DNA from: Calditrichales bacterium
GTDB lineage: Bacteria; Calditrichota; Calditrichia; Calditrichales; J004
Length of the DNA: 64,000 nucleotides
NCBI GenBank assembly: GCA_965267575.1
Contig: OZ254086.1
Location: 2,720,001 to 2,784,000, forward strand
Direction: 5' to 3'
Shown: piece after piece, positions 44,967 through 55,583 of the stretch
Numbering within the stretch: the first letter of the stretch is position 1
How the letters are laid out: every line of letters starts with the position of its first letter
Notes under the pieces: model-generated
Told to the model about the DNA's origin: nothing
Seen by the model: the letters and a program-made list of their open reading frames with translations, nothing else
Database searches by the model: none
Translations under genes and position numbers: made by a program

Positions 44967-45138
44967 AGTGATCTCCTTCATAGCGAGTTAGGGACGTTGG
45001 AAAGTGAGAAAGCACACAAATATATTGAGAATAAAATCCTTGCGCAAAGGATAATCTGATTAGGGTTTGTTTAAATCGAAGCCTTTAGGCACTATATTTA
45101 TCTGTGGTTGATTTACGACTTTTGGAAATTGGACTGTA

Positions 45139-46038
45139 ATGAGCAACATTTCGGATCATAAAGCGACAATCTGGGTAGTGGAAGACGAGCCTGCCATGAG
45201 CCGGTTGATTACACTCTATCTGCGTAATTGGGGATATGGTGTTAAGACTCTGCCAAATGGTGTGCGCGCATTAAATGAAATGCGCCAGAACCAACCGGAT
45301 CTTATCATCAGCGATATCCTGATGCCCAAGATGGATGGTCTGACTTTGCGTGATAAATTGCTAAAAGATCCCGATCTACGTTTGATCCCCTTCATTTTTT
45401 TAACAGCCAAAGGCGCGGTGGAAGAACGTGTAACCGGCCTCAAAATGTTCGTTGATGATTACATCGCAAAGCCATTTGAACCGGAGGAACTGCGTGCCCG
45501 TATCGAAACCATTCTTAACCGCTATAAGTATTTCCGCGATCAGATGCGCTACGATGAGCTGACCCGCCTCTATAATAGAAAAACCTTTTTTACAATGCTG
45601 GGCAAAGAGTTGAAACGATCGGTGCGCTACAATGCGCCGCTTACGCTGGCAATGCTGGATATTGATTATTTTAAGCAGTGCAATGACGCCTACGGGCACA
45701 CTTTTGGCGATGCCGTTCTGATGAAAGTATCCGATGTCCTTGTATCTTCACTGAGAGACAGCGATTGGGCGGGGCGTTTCGGCGGTGAAGAGTTTGTTGT
45801 GGCCATGCCTGAAACAGCAAAAGAAAATGGTCGCGATGTGGTTGAACGTCTGCGGCGTGGCGTTGCTGAACTCTCTTTTCTTGAAGAGCCCGATTTCAAA
45901 TGTTCAATTTCCGCCGGCGTCGCTTCCTACCCCGATGACGCGGCTGCCGCAGAAGAGCTGCTTAACCATGCTGATAGCGCCCTTTACACCGCAAAACAGG
46001 AAGGACGAAACCGCGTTTGCCTGTTTGGATTATCCTGA
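45139..46038 (+). CDS. Response-regulator diguanylate cyclase (REC-GGDEF, PleD/WspR-like)
   Basis: REC (VEDE, SDILMP, KPF) plus DIDYFK..ND.YGH..GD, I-site RDSD, GRFGGEEF. Confidence 0.93.
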   Translation: MSNISDHKATIWVVEDEPAMSRLITLYLRNWGYGVKTLPNGVRALNEMRQNQPDLIISDILMPKMDGLTLRDKLLKDPDLRLIPFIFLTAKGAVEERVTGLKMFVDDYIAKPFEPEELRARIETILNRYKYFRDQMRYDELTRLYNRKTFFTMLGKELKRSVRYNAPLTLAMLDIDYFKQCNDAYGHTFGDAVLMKVSDVLVSSLRDSDWAGRFGGEEFVVAMPETAKENGRDVVERLRRGVAELSFLEEPDFKCSISAGVASYPDDAAAAEELLNHADSALYTAKQEGRNRVCLFGLS

Positions 46039-46071
46039 TCCGGGCAGGAATTATTCTTGTCAAATATTAAG

Positions 46072-46100
46072 TTGTTCAACCTGAAAACATTTGTTAAATT
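46072..46100 (+). promoter_or_regulatory. Putative sigma70-type promoter
   Basis: TTGTTC-N17-TAAATT. Confidence 0.4.
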
Positions 46101-46171
46101 CAGCTAACCGGATTGGCTGTTGGTTTTGTCCAATATCCATGCTGCTAATTTTTAAAACGGGAGTTGCCCAG

Positions 46172-47917
46172 ATGAAGCGCGCCTTTTTGATAGTTTTTCT
46201 CCTCGCCTTTTCTTTGTCCGCACAGGATCCTGTGACAGTAGACGAATTACGCGATCATATCTATTTCCTGGCTGATGATGCCCTTGAAGGGAGAAAGCCG
46301 GGCACACCCGGAGGCGACAAGGCGGCACAATACATTCGAGATTATTTCTCTGAAGCGGGTCTGGAACTGCTTGGCGATAAAGGATTGCAGGATTTTGAAA
46401 TAATAAGTGCTGTGTCCCTGGATGACGGGAATGCGCTTTCATTTGCTGGAAAAAGCTATACAGTGATGCAGGATTTCAGCCCACTTTGGTTTAGTGATAA
46501 CGGTTCTCTCAACGCTCCGGTGGTATTCGCCGGTTATGGTTTTCAGATAGATGAAGAGGAACTTTCCTGGGATGATTACGCTGAGGTAGATGTAAAGGGA
46601 AAGTGGGCGCTGATTCTGTTGGGTGACCCTGAGCCGGATAATCCACATTCTGAATACGGTTTTCATGCTCAAATGAGAAAAAAAGTCCAGGTGGCAACGG
46701 ACAATGGTGCTGCCGGCGTTATATTTGTCGCCGGCCCGCAATGGGATGATGAAGATCAGCTGCCTTCGCTGGACAGGCGCTACGAGGCTTTGGACAAGGT
46801 ACCGGTTATTCGCATCAAGCGCTCGGTGGCGGACGCACTGCTTGAACAGAAAAGCGTGGCAGACCTGGAAAGCACATTAAATGAAACCAGCGCCCCGCAA
46901 TCTCTTGAAATGAACAAAGAGCTCTCCGCGACAACCGCTTTGAAGATCGATTATGATACGACCCATAACGTCGCTGCGCTGGTCAGGGGCCAAAACGCCG
47001 CCGCTGAAGAGTATATTGTGATCGGGGCGCATTATGATCATTTAGGCTATGGCGGTCCGGGTTCCGGCTCCCGCGCGATCGATACACTGGCCATTCACAA
47101 TGGCGCGGATGACAATGCATCCGGTGTGGCCGCCATGCTGGAAATAGCTGAGTATTTCGCCACATTACCGCAGAAGCCACAGCGCTCCCTGCTCTTTCTT
47201 GCTTTTGGAGCAGAAGAAATGGGGCTTTTGGGATCCAAGTTTTTTGTGGATAATCCCCTGTTGAGCATGGATGACCTGCGCCTGATGATTAATCTGGACA
47301 TGGTCGGCCGGCTTGACGAAAGTAAAGGTCTCACCGTGGGCGGCACAGGCACATCAACGGTGTTGGACTCCCTGGTAAAGGAAGGTGCCGCTGAGCTGGC
47401 GCTGGAGGTCAGTACACAGGATGAAGGTTCCGGGCCGTCTGACCACGCTTCTTTCTATGGCAAAGACAAACCGGTACTGTTCTTTTTCTCCGGGACGCAC
47501 CAGGACTATCACAAGCCCTCAGACGATGCCGACAAAATAAACTATACCGGTATTCAGAAGATCGCGGGTCTTGTAACGGACATAGCGTTGGATCAGGCTG
47601 TCAGCCGAAAAGCGCTGGCCTTTCAGGAAGCCGGCCCCAGGGAACGTACCATGCGTACATCGTTTAAGGTTACATTTGGCGTCATGCCCGATTATGCATC
47701 GGACGTTGACGGCATGCGTCTGGACGATGTTCGCAAAGACGGGCCTGCTGGCAAAGCCGGGATGCAAAGCGGCGACGTGATCAAAGCGATCAACGGAAAT
47801 AAAATATCCAATATATACGACTATATGAATCGCCTCGCCGACCTGAAGGAAGGCGATCTGGTTGATGTGACTGTCATGCGGGAAGGGCAGGAACTGTCTC
47901 TTAAATTGCAACTTTAG
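46172..47917 (+). CDS. M28 family aminopeptidase with PA and PDZ domains
   Basis: Signal peptide; GAHYDH, GADDNASG, AEEMGL, NLDM, SDH, YH; C-terminal PDZ. Confidence 0.92.
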   Translation: MKRAFLIVFLLAFSLSAQDPVTVDELRDHIYFLADDALEGRKPGTPGGDKAAQYIRDYFSEAGLELLGDKGLQDFEIISAVSLDDGNALSFAGKSYTVMQDFSPLWFSDNGSLNAPVVFAGYGFQIDEEELSWDDYAEVDVKGKWALILLGDPEPDNPHSEYGFHAQMRKKVQVATDNGAAGVIFVAGPQWDDEDQLPSLDRRYEALDKVPVIRIKRSVADALLEQKSVADLESTLNETSAPQSLEMNKELSATTALKIDYDTTHNVAALVRGQNAAAEEYIVIGAHYDHLGYGGPGSGSRAIDTLAIHNGADDNASGVAAMLEIAEYFATLPQKPQRSLLFLAFGAEEMGLLGSKFFVDNPLLSMDDLRLMINLDMVGRLDESKGLTVGGTGTSTVLDSLVKEGAAELALEVSTQDEGSGPSDHASFYGKDKPVLFFFSGTHQDYHKPSDDADKINYTGIQKIAGLVTDIALDQAVSRKALAFQEAGPRERTMRTSFKVTFGVMPDYASDVDGMRLDDVRKDGPAGKAGMQSGDVIKAINGNKISNIYDYMNRLADLKEGDLVDVTVMREGQELSLKLQL

Positions 47918-47948
47918 ATACCAAGCACTTTTTAATGTGAGTAATAAA

Positions 47949-48497
47949 ATGGTAACAGAGAAAAACAAGAATATTAAAGAAGTCTGGAAAAAATTCGAGG
48001 AAAACGGGTTGACGCATAGCAGTGTGCATCACCTTATGGCTATAAACGATCTGCTTAAAAAGAACGGCTATGCGCGTGGCATAGACGTAGCCAATTACCT
48101 GGATATCAGCCGCAGCAGCGTTTCTGTTACACTACATAAACTGTTGGCCAAAGGCTACATCAGTGAGGATGAAAACAAGTTTTACAGCCTTACCGAAGAG
48201 GGACAGGCTATCACCCATGACGTGCTCAGCACACGGCGGATCGTAAAAATGTTTTTTGCTTCCGTATTAAAGGTGGATGAAGATATTGCGGAAGAAGATG
48301 CCTGCAAGATTGAGCACCTGCTGCATCACCAGACAACCGAGCAGCTTTTTAAATTTATCACACTCTATACGTCTGAAGAGAAAAGCAGTGAAGCTTTCCG
48401 GAAAAGTTTCGGGCATTATGAACATACCTGTGATGACCAGTGTGATGTATGCGATATGGATTGTTTTCTTAACCCCAAAAAGGATATAGAAGCCTGA
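47949..48497 (+). CDS. DtxR/MntR-family metal-dependent transcriptional regulator with Cys-rich tail
   Basis: wHTH (ARGIDVANYL.ISRSSVS), EEDACKIEH; C-terminal CDDQCDVCDMDC; start uncertain (GTG 47937 possible). Confidence 0.88.
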   Translation: MVTEKNKNIKEVWKKFEENGLTHSSVHHLMAINDLLKKNGYARGIDVANYLDISRSSVSVTLHKLLAKGYISEDENKFYSLTEEGQAITHDVLSTRRIVKMFFASVLKVDEDIAEEDACKIEHLLHHQTTEQLFKFITLYTSEEKSSEAFRKSFGHYEHTCDDQCDVCDMDCFLNPKKDIEA

Positions 48498-48540
48498 AAA
48501 TTAATTGCAAGTAATTGCCCGCCACGATAACTTAAAAGCT

Positions 48541-49140
48541 GTGAAAAAAATACTTTTTTTAGCCCTGTTTTGGGGCTTTTTTGTTTCCGGTACATATGGC
48601 CAGGGGCCGTCCCTTAACCGCGATAAAATCGCTGGTGATATTAAGGAAATGCTTTCCGGATTGAATCTGGGCACTATGGACAGCATGGGCGTCGCAGTTC
48701 AGTTTGGCAAAGTTGACGGAGAAAAAAGGGGCTTTATAAATCAACTGCTTCTGGAGTACCTTACAACAGAAACCCGCTGGAACGTTGGCGCTGAAAACAG
48801 TGGTGTTCTGCATCTTGAACAATTTGATTCACGTATCGTTTATGCCCAAAGTCCTTCAGGCTGGCTGGGCTGGCAGGGCAAATTGCAACGCCGCCATCAG
48901 TTGGTGCTGCAGGGTTTTCTGGAAAATGAGAATGGAAACATTCTGAATACGTGGAATTTTGATACGGTGCTTACGGACACGATCCCGGAAAACATCGTGC
49001 GGCGTCTTGAAAATGATCCGTATCTTTTCACCAAGGGCACTTACAGCGAGCCGGGATCCTGGAAAAAGGTGATTGAACCGGTGATGGTAACGGCTGCGCT
49101 GGCCACATTGGTGTTTCTGTTTTTTACAATTCGCAGCTAA
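48541..49140 (+). CDS. Hypothetical exported/membrane-anchored protein
   Basis: N-terminal signal-like segment and C-terminal TM ending LFFTIRS; within operon. Confidence 0.6.
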   Translation: MKKILFLALFWGFFVSGTYGQGPSLNRDKIAGDIKEMLSGLNLGTMDSMGVAVQFGKVDGEKRGFINQLLLEYLTTETRWNVGAENSGVLHLEQFDSRIVYAQSPSGWLGWQGKLQRRHQLVLQGFLENENGNILNTWNFDTVLTDTIPENIVRRLENDPYLFTKGTYSEPGSWKKVIEPVMVTAALATLVFLFFTIRS

Positions 49141-49143
49141 GCA

Positions 49144-49920
49144 ATGGAGTTTAAATTGAAATCTTTGTTTTTATTTTTATTAAGCGTGATTATCCTGATT
49201 TCCTGCTCAGGGAACAAACCGGAGCCGAACTGGACGGCCAGGGAGTATTTCCAGTATGCCAAGGCAAAATATAATGAAGAAAGCTATTTTGACGCATCAA
49301 ACGAGTTTACGGTTGTGCTTCTGCGTTTTCCCGGCAGCAGCGTGGCAGACAGCGCGCAGTACTATCTTGCCGCCAGCCACTACCAGATGGACGAATTTCT
49401 GATCGCCGCGGTGGAGTATGAAAAGCTCGTAAATACCATGTCGCAAAGCTCGCTGGTTCCGGACGCCCAGTTCCAGATGGCCGAAAGCTACTACCGGCTT
49501 TCTCCGCGGGCAGCGCTGGATCAGGAATACACCCAGAAAGCCATCCGTGCCTACCAGGGCTTTATCGAAGATTACCCCACAAATCCGCTAAAGGAAAAAG
49601 CGGAAAAGCGTATTCTTGAACTACGCACAAAACTGGCGCAGAAGGAGTTTAAAAGCGCTGAAATATACAGAAAGATGAAAGAATTTCGTGCCGCTTTGAT
49701 CTATTACGATCAGGTGCTGGACAATTATTATGATACGGAATGGGCCGATGACGCGCAGTATGGTAAAATCCGCACATACCTCGAACTGGAGGACAGGGAA
49801 ATGGCCCAGCTGGAAGTGTCCAAGTTTGAGCAGCAATTTCCCCAAAGCGAGCTGCTTGAAAATCTCAATGGCTTAAAGAGCGAAATACTGTCGCTGGAGC
49901 AGGACAGCAGCGAAGAATAA
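49144..49920 (+). CDS. bamD: Outer membrane protein assembly factor BamD
   Basis: Lipobox LISC; TPRs; LSP...LDQEYT.KAI...Q.FI..YP; LAQKEF. Confidence 0.92.
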   Translation: MEFKLKSLFLFLLSVIILISCSGNKPEPNWTAREYFQYAKAKYNEESYFDASNEFTVVLLRFPGSSVADSAQYYLAASHYQMDEFLIAAVEYEKLVNTMSQSSLVPDAQFQMAESYYRLSPRAALDQEYTQKAIRAYQGFIEDYPTNPLKEKAEKRILELRTKLAQKEFKSAEIYRKMKEFRAALIYYDQVLDNYYDTEWADDAQYGKIRTYLELEDREMAQLEVSKFEQQFPQSELLENLNGLKSEILSLEQDSSEE

Positions 49921-50522
49921 TGGCACCATCCGTTAAACGCCTGGGCTTGTTCGGTGGAACATTCGATCCCCCGCACATTGGTCACATAATTGTGGCCGAA
50001 TGGCTGAGCCAGGCATTGGGAACGGACAAAACACTTTTTATCCCCGCCTATAAACACCCTTTCGATAGCAAAAGCGACATCACGCCGGAAAGCCATCGCC
50101 TGGAAATGCTAAAACGCGCCATATCCGGCTTCCCGCGCTTTGAGCTTTATGATTACGAAATCACACAAAAAAATACATCCTACACCATAGATACGGTGGA
50201 CCACGTGAGCAAAGAATTTCCCGGCAGCAAACTCTATCTTTTTGTCGGGGAAGATAACCTGGAGTCTTTCGATAAATGGAAAGACCCGGCGGATCTGTTG
50301 GATTTATGCACCCTGGCAGTATTTACGCGCGGAGGCAAAAAGCAATCTTCCTGGAGCCGGCATAAACAGGTTATTAAATTAGAGAGTCCGCGTATCGACG
50401 TTTCATCGACGATGATCCGTGAGCGGGTTGAAAAAGGATTGGCCTTTCGCTCTCTTGTACCTTTTGAGGTGTACAAGTATATTGTTGAGCACAATCTGTA
50501 CGGATACATAGGGGATAGATAA
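49920..50522 (+). CDS. nadD: Nicotinate-nucleotide adenylyltransferase
   Basis: GGTFDPPHIGH, SYTIDT, VSSTMIR, YI..HNLY. Confidence 0.96.
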   Translation: MAPSVKRLGLFGGTFDPPHIGHIIVAEWLSQALGTDKTLFIPAYKHPFDSKSDITPESHRLEMLKRAISGFPRFELYDYEITQKNTSYTIDTVDHVSKEFPGSKLYLFVGEDNLESFDKWKDPADLLDLCTLAVFTRGGKKQSSWSRHKQVIKLESPRIDVSSTMIRERVEKGLAFRSLVPFEVYKYIVEHNLYGYIGDR

Positions 50523-50840
50523 TTGTTTCTTGGCAAAGTTGTCGGTTCGGTTTGGTCCACAAAAAAAACAGATAATCTAACCAATCTTAAATTTTTGATT
50601 GTTCACCCGGTTAACCTCAAAAAAGCGCCGCTTACCGATGTGGTAATCGTTGCCGATGTATTGGGCGCCGGTGTGGGCGAAACCGTTATCTGTGCTTACG
50701 GCCACGCCGCGCGTAAAGCGATTTTACCGGAGCGCCCTGCGGACCTGAGTATTGAAGCAGCCGTTGTGGCGATTGTGGACAAGCTGGATGTAGATAAACG
50801 TTTTTATGAAGCAGAGGAAGGCGATGGCGAAACTGACTGA
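50523..50840 (+). CDS. Bacterial microcompartment vertex protein (BMC-P, EutN/CcmL family)
   Basis: MFLGKVVGSVWSTKK..L..KFLIV..ADVLGAGVGETVI...G.AAR..AAVVAIVD; TTG start right after the nadD stop. Confidence 0.92.
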   Translation: MFLGKVVGSVWSTKKTDNLTNLKFLIVHPVNLKKAPLTDVVIVADVLGAGVGETVICAYGHAARKAILPERPADLSIEAAVVAIVDKLDVDKRFYEAEEGDGETD

Positions 50841-51285
50841 GAAAGATATTCGGCAAATTGCCGAGCGGGCCATTGAGCAATTGGGGCATGATGCAACGCC
50901 CGATAATATCCGCAAAGTGGTGGAAGAAACGGTCCGCCGCTTTGATGACGGGCAGTCCCGGCAAGTGCCGGAGCGCGCCCAGAGCAGCCTCCCGCCCACC
51001 TATAACCGCCGCGGAGACCGCGTGATTGTTACGGCTTTCGGTAAAAACCGCAAAGGTATCCTGGCCGGGCTGACCGGCACGATTGCAGACGCCCAGTGTG
51101 ATATAATCGACCTCTCCCAAAAAATCCTGCAGGAGTTTTTCACGGTCATGATCCTGATCGATATATCGACGTCGGAGCATGATTTTGACGCTATCAAACA
51201 GCGCCTCGTTGACGCCGGCAGCCGCTTTGATCTGAAGGTGGTTGTCCAGCACGAAGAAATATTTAAAGCCATGCACAGGGTCTGA
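50824..51285 (+). CDS. ACT-domain protein (UPF0237-like) with ~60-aa N-terminal helical extension
   Basis: [40 protein letters not shown] 50824 after GAGGAAG. Confidence 0.88.
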   Translation: MAKLTEKDIRQIAERAIEQLGHDATPDNIRKVVEETVRRFDDGQSRQVPERAQSSLPPTYNRRGDRVIVTAFGKNRKGILAGLTGTIADAQCDIIDLSQKILQEFFTVMILIDISTSEHDFDAIKQRLVDAGSRFDLKVVVQHEEIFKAMHRV

Positions 51286-51287
51286 CC

Positions 51288-52649
51288 ATGTCGATGGAAC
51301 TCAGCGAAATACTCGAAACCATCCGTATGACCGAGGTGGAGCATTTTGATATCCGCACGGTTACGATGGGCATAAACCTTAAAGATTGTGTCAGCGCCGA
51401 TCTGCCGCGCCTCAAAGCGAACATCTATGAGAAAATAATGCGTTGCGCCGCTGAACACGTTAAGACAGCCGAAAAGATCGAATCGGATTATGGTATCTCC
51501 ATTGCCAACAAAAGAGTGTCGGTAACGCCAATTGCGCTTATCGGCGACGGGCTGCGCTCCGATGATTTTGTTGAGATTGCCCATACACTGGACAAAGCCG
51601 CCGACGCGCTGGGTATAGATTACCTGGGCGGATTTTCAGCGTTGGTGCAAAAGGGCTTTTCTAATGGCGACCTCAATCTCATCCGTGCCATCCCTTATGC
51701 TTTAAGCGAAACGGACCATATCTGCTCATCGATCAATGTGGCCACATCCAAAGCGGGCATCAACATGGATGCCGTGGCCATGATGGGCGAAATAATAAAG
51801 CAGACCGCGGAAAAAACGGCCGACCGCGACGGTATCGGCTGTGCCAAGCTGGTGGTGTTTGCCAATGTGCCGGAAGATAATCCTTTTATTGCCGGCGCCT
51901 TTCACGGGATAAGTGAGCCGGATGTGGTCGTCAATGTCGGCATAAGCGGGCCCGGCGTTATCCTGCGTGCCGTGCGCGAAGCGCCCAACCATGATTTTGC
52001 CGCGCTGAGCGACCAGATCAAGAAGATGGCCTTTAAGATTACACGGGCCGGCGAATTTATCGGAAGGAAGGTGGCTTCGCTGCAAAATATACCGTTCGGG
52101 ATTGTTGATATATCCCTGGCGCCGACACCGATGCCGGGCGATAGTATTGCTGATATCCTTAAGGCCATGGGGCTGGAAGATGTTGGCGCGGCGGGCACTA
52201 CCGCAGCTCTGGCTCTGCTCAACGATGCCGTTAAGCGCGGCGGCCTGATGGCTTCTTCCTACGTGGGCGGCATGAGCGGCGCGTTTATCCCGGTTTCGGA
52301 AGATGAAGGTATGATCAAGGCCGCGCAAAAGGGCAATATTGGTCTTGAGAAACTGGAAGCCATGACCAGCGTCTGCAGTGTTGGTATCGATATGGTGGCT
52401 ATCCCCGGAGATACGCCTGCCGAGGTTATTGCCGGTCTGATCGCTGACGAATGCGCTATTGGCGTGGTTAACAACAAGACAACAGCAGTACGCGTTATCC
52501 CCGTTCCCGGTAAAAACGTTGGCGAAAGCGCGGACTACGGCGGTTTGCTCGGCATCGCCCCCGTGATGCCCATATCAAAACTGTCCAACAAGCATTTTAT
52601 CTCCCGTGGCGGACGCATGCCCGCACCCACAAAAGGGATCAATAATTAA
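51288..52649 (+). CDS. DUF711/UPF0210 PFL-like family protein
   Basis: [63 protein letters not shown]. Confidence 0.93.
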   Translation: MSMELSEILETIRMTEVEHFDIRTVTMGINLKDCVSADLPRLKANIYEKIMRCAAEHVKTAEKIESDYGISIANKRVSVTPIALIGDGLRSDDFVEIAHTLDKAADALGIDYLGGFSALVQKGFSNGDLNLIRAIPYALSETDHICSSINVATSKAGINMDAVAMMGEIIKQTAEKTADRDGIGCAKLVVFANVPEDNPFIAGAFHGISEPDVVVNVGISGPGVILRAVREAPNHDFAALSDQIKKMAFKITRAGEFIGRKVASLQNIPFGIVDISLAPTPMPGDSIADILKAMGLEDVGAAGTTAALALLNDAVKRGGLMASSYVGGMSGAFIPVSEDEGMIKAAQKGNIGLEKLEAMTSVCSVGIDMVAIPGDTPAEVIAGLIADECAIGVVNNKTTAVRVIPVPGKNVGESADYGGLLGIAPVMPISKLSNKHFISRGGRMPAPTKGINN

Positions 52650-52652
52650 ACC

Positions 52653-53522
52653 ATGATTTTTAAAAAGAGAAAAGTCCGCATCGCTTTCGCGCAGATCGCG
52701 CCCTACCTGGCAGATGTGGACAGAAACCTGGATAAACATATCGAATATGTGGATAAGGCGATTGCCGAAAAGGCCGACATGGTGCTCTTTCCGGAGCTTT
52801 CGCTTTGCGGCTATTCGCTGAAGGATGCCACGCCCGAAGTCGTCCTTGGCCAGGATGACGATCGGCTTAAACCCTTGTTAGAGAAAAGTAAAAAGATAAC
52901 TATTATCTGTGGCGGCGTGGAGCTGAGCGATGATTTTGAGATATTCAATACGCAATGGTGTTTTGAAGATGGCAGGATTCTGAACAAACATCGCAAAGTG
53001 TATTTGCCAACCTATGGTGTTTTTGAGGAAGAGCGCTATTTTTCATCGGGCAACCGCTTCCGCGCTTTTGAGAGCAAACTGTTGCCGATGGGCGTGATGG
53101 TCTGTGAAGACTTGTGGCATCCGGCAACCGGTTTGATATTGGCACTGGATGGCGCCTGGCTGCTTATTGTGCCCGCCGCCGGATTAACCCGTGGCCTGCG
53201 CGGTGAAAAGAAACCGCAGAACGTGCACGCCTGGGATACGCTGGCGAGTGCCATGGCCATTACCACCACATCTTATGTCGCGTTCATCAACCGTGTAGGC
53301 AGCGAAGATGGTCTGGTGTTCTGGGGCGGCTCGCAGCTGGTGGGACCGGACGGTGAAGTGGTAGGCCGCGCCGAATATTATGATGAGCAGCTCTTCAGCG
53401 TGGAAATGGACCTCCATAAGTTGCGTCATGCACGCGTTAACAGCACGATGCTATCAGATGAAAAATTGCCTGTTTTGATCGAGGAGTTTCAGCGTATTCA
53501 TAAAAAACGGCTGGATTATTGA
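52653..53522 (+). CDS. Carbon-nitrogen hydrolase resembling the stand-alone glutaminase subunit of NAD synthetase
   Basis: E-K-C triad in FPEL, HRKVYLPTYGVFEEERYF, VCEDLW; NRVG.EDG..FWGGS. Confidence 0.85.
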   Translation: MIFKKRKVRIAFAQIAPYLADVDRNLDKHIEYVDKAIAEKADMVLFPELSLCGYSLKDATPEVVLGQDDDRLKPLLEKSKKITIICGGVELSDDFEIFNTQWCFEDGRILNKHRKVYLPTYGVFEEERYFSSGNRFRAFESKLLPMGVMVCEDLWHPATGLILALDGAWLLIVPAAGLTRGLRGEKKPQNVHAWDTLASAMAITTTSYVAFINRVGSEDGLVFWGGSQLVGPDGEVVGRAEYYDEQLFSVEMDLHKLRHARVNSTMLSDEKLPVLIEEFQRIHKKRLDY

Positions 53523-53536
53523 GCGTCTAAATATGT

Positions 53537-53565
53537 TTGCTCTTATATTTCAAATCTCCTACATT
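53537..53565 (+). promoter_or_regulatory. Sigma70-type promoter of accB
   Basis: TTGCTC-N17-TACATT. Confidence 0.55.
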
Positions 53566-53609
53566 ACCCGTTTTGCAAGCTTTCCTAAAGTGTATTTACA
53601 GGAGGATCC

Positions 53610-54074
53610 ATGGATCTTAAGGAAATTCGTCAGCTTATAAAAATGGTTGAATCTTCCGATATCAGCCAGTTTGAAATCCAGGAAGAAGGAAAAAAACTCA
53701 AGATCACGAAAAACAGTCATAGTTCGGCTCAGGTAGTTCAGCACACGGTGGCGCCACCTGCCCCCGCGGCAGCTGCGCCTGCGCCCGCGGCGCCGGAACA
53801 GGCCGCTCCCGCCCCGGCCAAAAAGGACAATGTCGTGGAAGTACTATCACCGATGGTTGGAACATTCTATCGTTCACCCTCACCGGACAGTGATCCCTAT
53901 ACAGACGTGGGCAAAACGGTAAAAGCAGGTGATGTTCTCTGTATCGTTGAAGCGATGAAACTTATGAACGAGATCGAATCCGAGGTAAGTGGAAAAGTAG
54001 TTGAAATATGTGTTGAAAACGGCGAACCGGTGGAATACAATCAGGTCCTTTTTCGCGTTGAAAAAGCCGGCTGA
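53610..54074 (+). CDS. accB: Acetyl-CoA carboxylase biotin carboxyl carrier protein
   Basis: [10 protein letters not shown], Ala/Pro linker, [17 protein letters not shown]. Confidence 0.97.
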   Translation: MDLKEIRQLIKMVESSDISQFEIQEEGKKLKITKNSHSSAQVVQHTVAPPAPAAAAPAPAAPEQAAPAPAKKDNVVEVLSPMVGTFYRSPSPDSDPYTDVGKTVKAGDVLCIVEAMKLMNEIESEVSGKVVEICVENGEPVEYNQVLFRVEKAG

Positions 54075-54102
54075 TGGAGTGAGTTTTAAACGAAATCAAT
54101 TC

Positions 54103-54131
54103 AAAAGGCGATCCATTGGGTCGCCTTTTTT
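54103..54131 (+). terminator. Intrinsic terminator after accB
   Basis: AAAAGGCGATCC-loop-GGGTCGCCTTTT plus TT. Confidence 0.75.
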
Positions 54132-54147
54132 ATTATCTGCATCCAGC

Positions 54148-54176
54148 TTGTAATAAAGTGGATGATGCTCTAAATT
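54148..54176 (+). promoter_or_regulatory. Putative internal promoter for accC
   Basis: TTGTAA-N17-TAAATT. Confidence 0.45.
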
Positions 54177-54224
54177 TACGACTTCTATACATAAACGGAT
54201 CCGGGATATTAAAGGGAGGCTGGT

Positions 54225-55583
54225 TTGTTTAAGAAAATCCTGATTGCTAATCGTGGTGAAATCGCTCTTCGCGTAATTCGTGCCTGCAAAGAGATGGGCA
54301 TAGCGACGGTCGCCGTGCACTCTGAGGCGGATGAAGATTCCCTGCACGTTCGCTTTGCAGACGAAGCCATTTGTATTGGTCCTGCCCGTAGTGGTTTAAG
54401 CTATCTTAAAGCAGATCGTCTTATTGCCGCGGCCGAAATATCGGGTGCGGAAGCCGTCCATCCGGGGTACGGCTTTTTGGCGGAAAACGCTGATTTTGCC
54501 GATGTCTGCGCGTCCAGTGGTCTGAAGTTTATCGGCCCTTCCGGCGACGTTATCCGCGTTATGGGCGATAAGGCAATGGCCAAGGATACCATGAAAAAAG
54601 CCGGCGTACCGGTGGTGCCAGGCAGCGAAGGTGTTATCAAAAAGCTGGATCACGCGCGGGAGCTGGCGGAGAGTATAGGTTTTCCTGTTATTTTAAAGGC
54701 GGTAGCCGGCGGCGGCGGAAAAGGCATGCGTATCGTACGCTCGCCAAAGGATCTGGAGGTTAGCTACCAGATGGCCCGCGCCGAAGCCGAGGGCGCCTTT
54801 AACAATCCCGATTTGTACCTTGAAAAATTTATCACCAACCCCAGGCATATTGAGATACAGATTCTGACCGACCAGCACGGAAACGGCGTGCATCTGGGAG
54901 AGCGCGAATGCAGTATTCAGCGCAGGCACCAGAAACTGGTTGAAGAGGCGCCTTCCGCGGTGGTAAGCCCGGAGTTGCGCAAAAAAATGGGTGACGTGGC
55001 CGTAAAAGGCGCGCTGGAAGTAAATTATGAAGGCGCTGGAACGATAGAGTTTTTGCTCGACGCGGACCAGAATTTTTACTTTATGGAAATGAACACACGT
55101 ATCCAGGTTGAGCATCCGGTGAGTGAAATCGTCTATGATGTGGACCTGATCAAAGAGCAGATACTGGTGGCTTCCGGTGAAAAACTGAGATTTCAACAAA
55201 GCGATCTAAAAATACTTGGCCACGCTATTGAATGCCGTATAAACGCTGAGGATTATGAGCGCAATTTTATGCCAAGCCCCGGCGAAATAACCAGCTTTCA
55301 CATGCCGGGCGGCCCGGGTGTGCGGGTGGATTCCCATGCATACCAGCGTTACCGCATTCCGCCCTATTACGATTCCCTTATTGCTAAGCTGATCTGCCAT
55401 GGCCGTACCCGCGATGAAGCGATCCAAAGGCTGAGAAGAGCTCTGGATGAATTTATCATCGAGGGTGTAAAAACGACAATTCCCTTTCACCAAAAGCTGA
55501 TAGCACGAAAAGAGTTTCAGACAGCTGAATTTGATACGGGCTTTCTGGACAGAGTAAATTTAATTGAGGAGGAGGAGGCGTGA
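54225..55583 (+). CDS. accC: Acetyl-CoA carboxylase biotin carboxylase
   Basis: [47 protein letters not shown] start after GGGAGG. Confidence 0.97.
   Translation: MFKKILIANRGEIALRVIRACKEMGIATVAVHSEADEDSLHVRFADEAICIGPARSGLSYLKADRLIAAAEISGAEAVHPGYGFLAENADFADVCASSGLKFIGPSGDVIRVMGDKAMAKDTMKKAGVPVVPGSEGVIKKLDHARELAESIGFPVILKAVAGGGGKGMRIVRSPKDLEVSYQMARAEAEGAFNNPDLYLEKFITNPRHIEIQILTDQHGNGVHLGERECSIQRRHQKLVEEAPSAVVSPELRKKMGDVAVKGALEVNYEGAGTIEFLLDADQNFYFMEMNTRIQVEHPVSEIVYDVDLIKEQILVASGEKLRFQQSDLKILGHAIECRINAEDYERNFMPSPGEITSFHMPGGPGVRVDSHAYQRYRIPPYYDSLIAKLICHGRTRDEAIQRLRRALDEFIIEGVKTTIPFHQKLIARKEFQTAEFDTGFLDRVNLIEEEEA

Noticed and set aside
53750..53820. GC-rich short repeats in accB
   Set aside because: These encode the ordinary Ala/Pro linker of BCCP; not a DNA repeat element.
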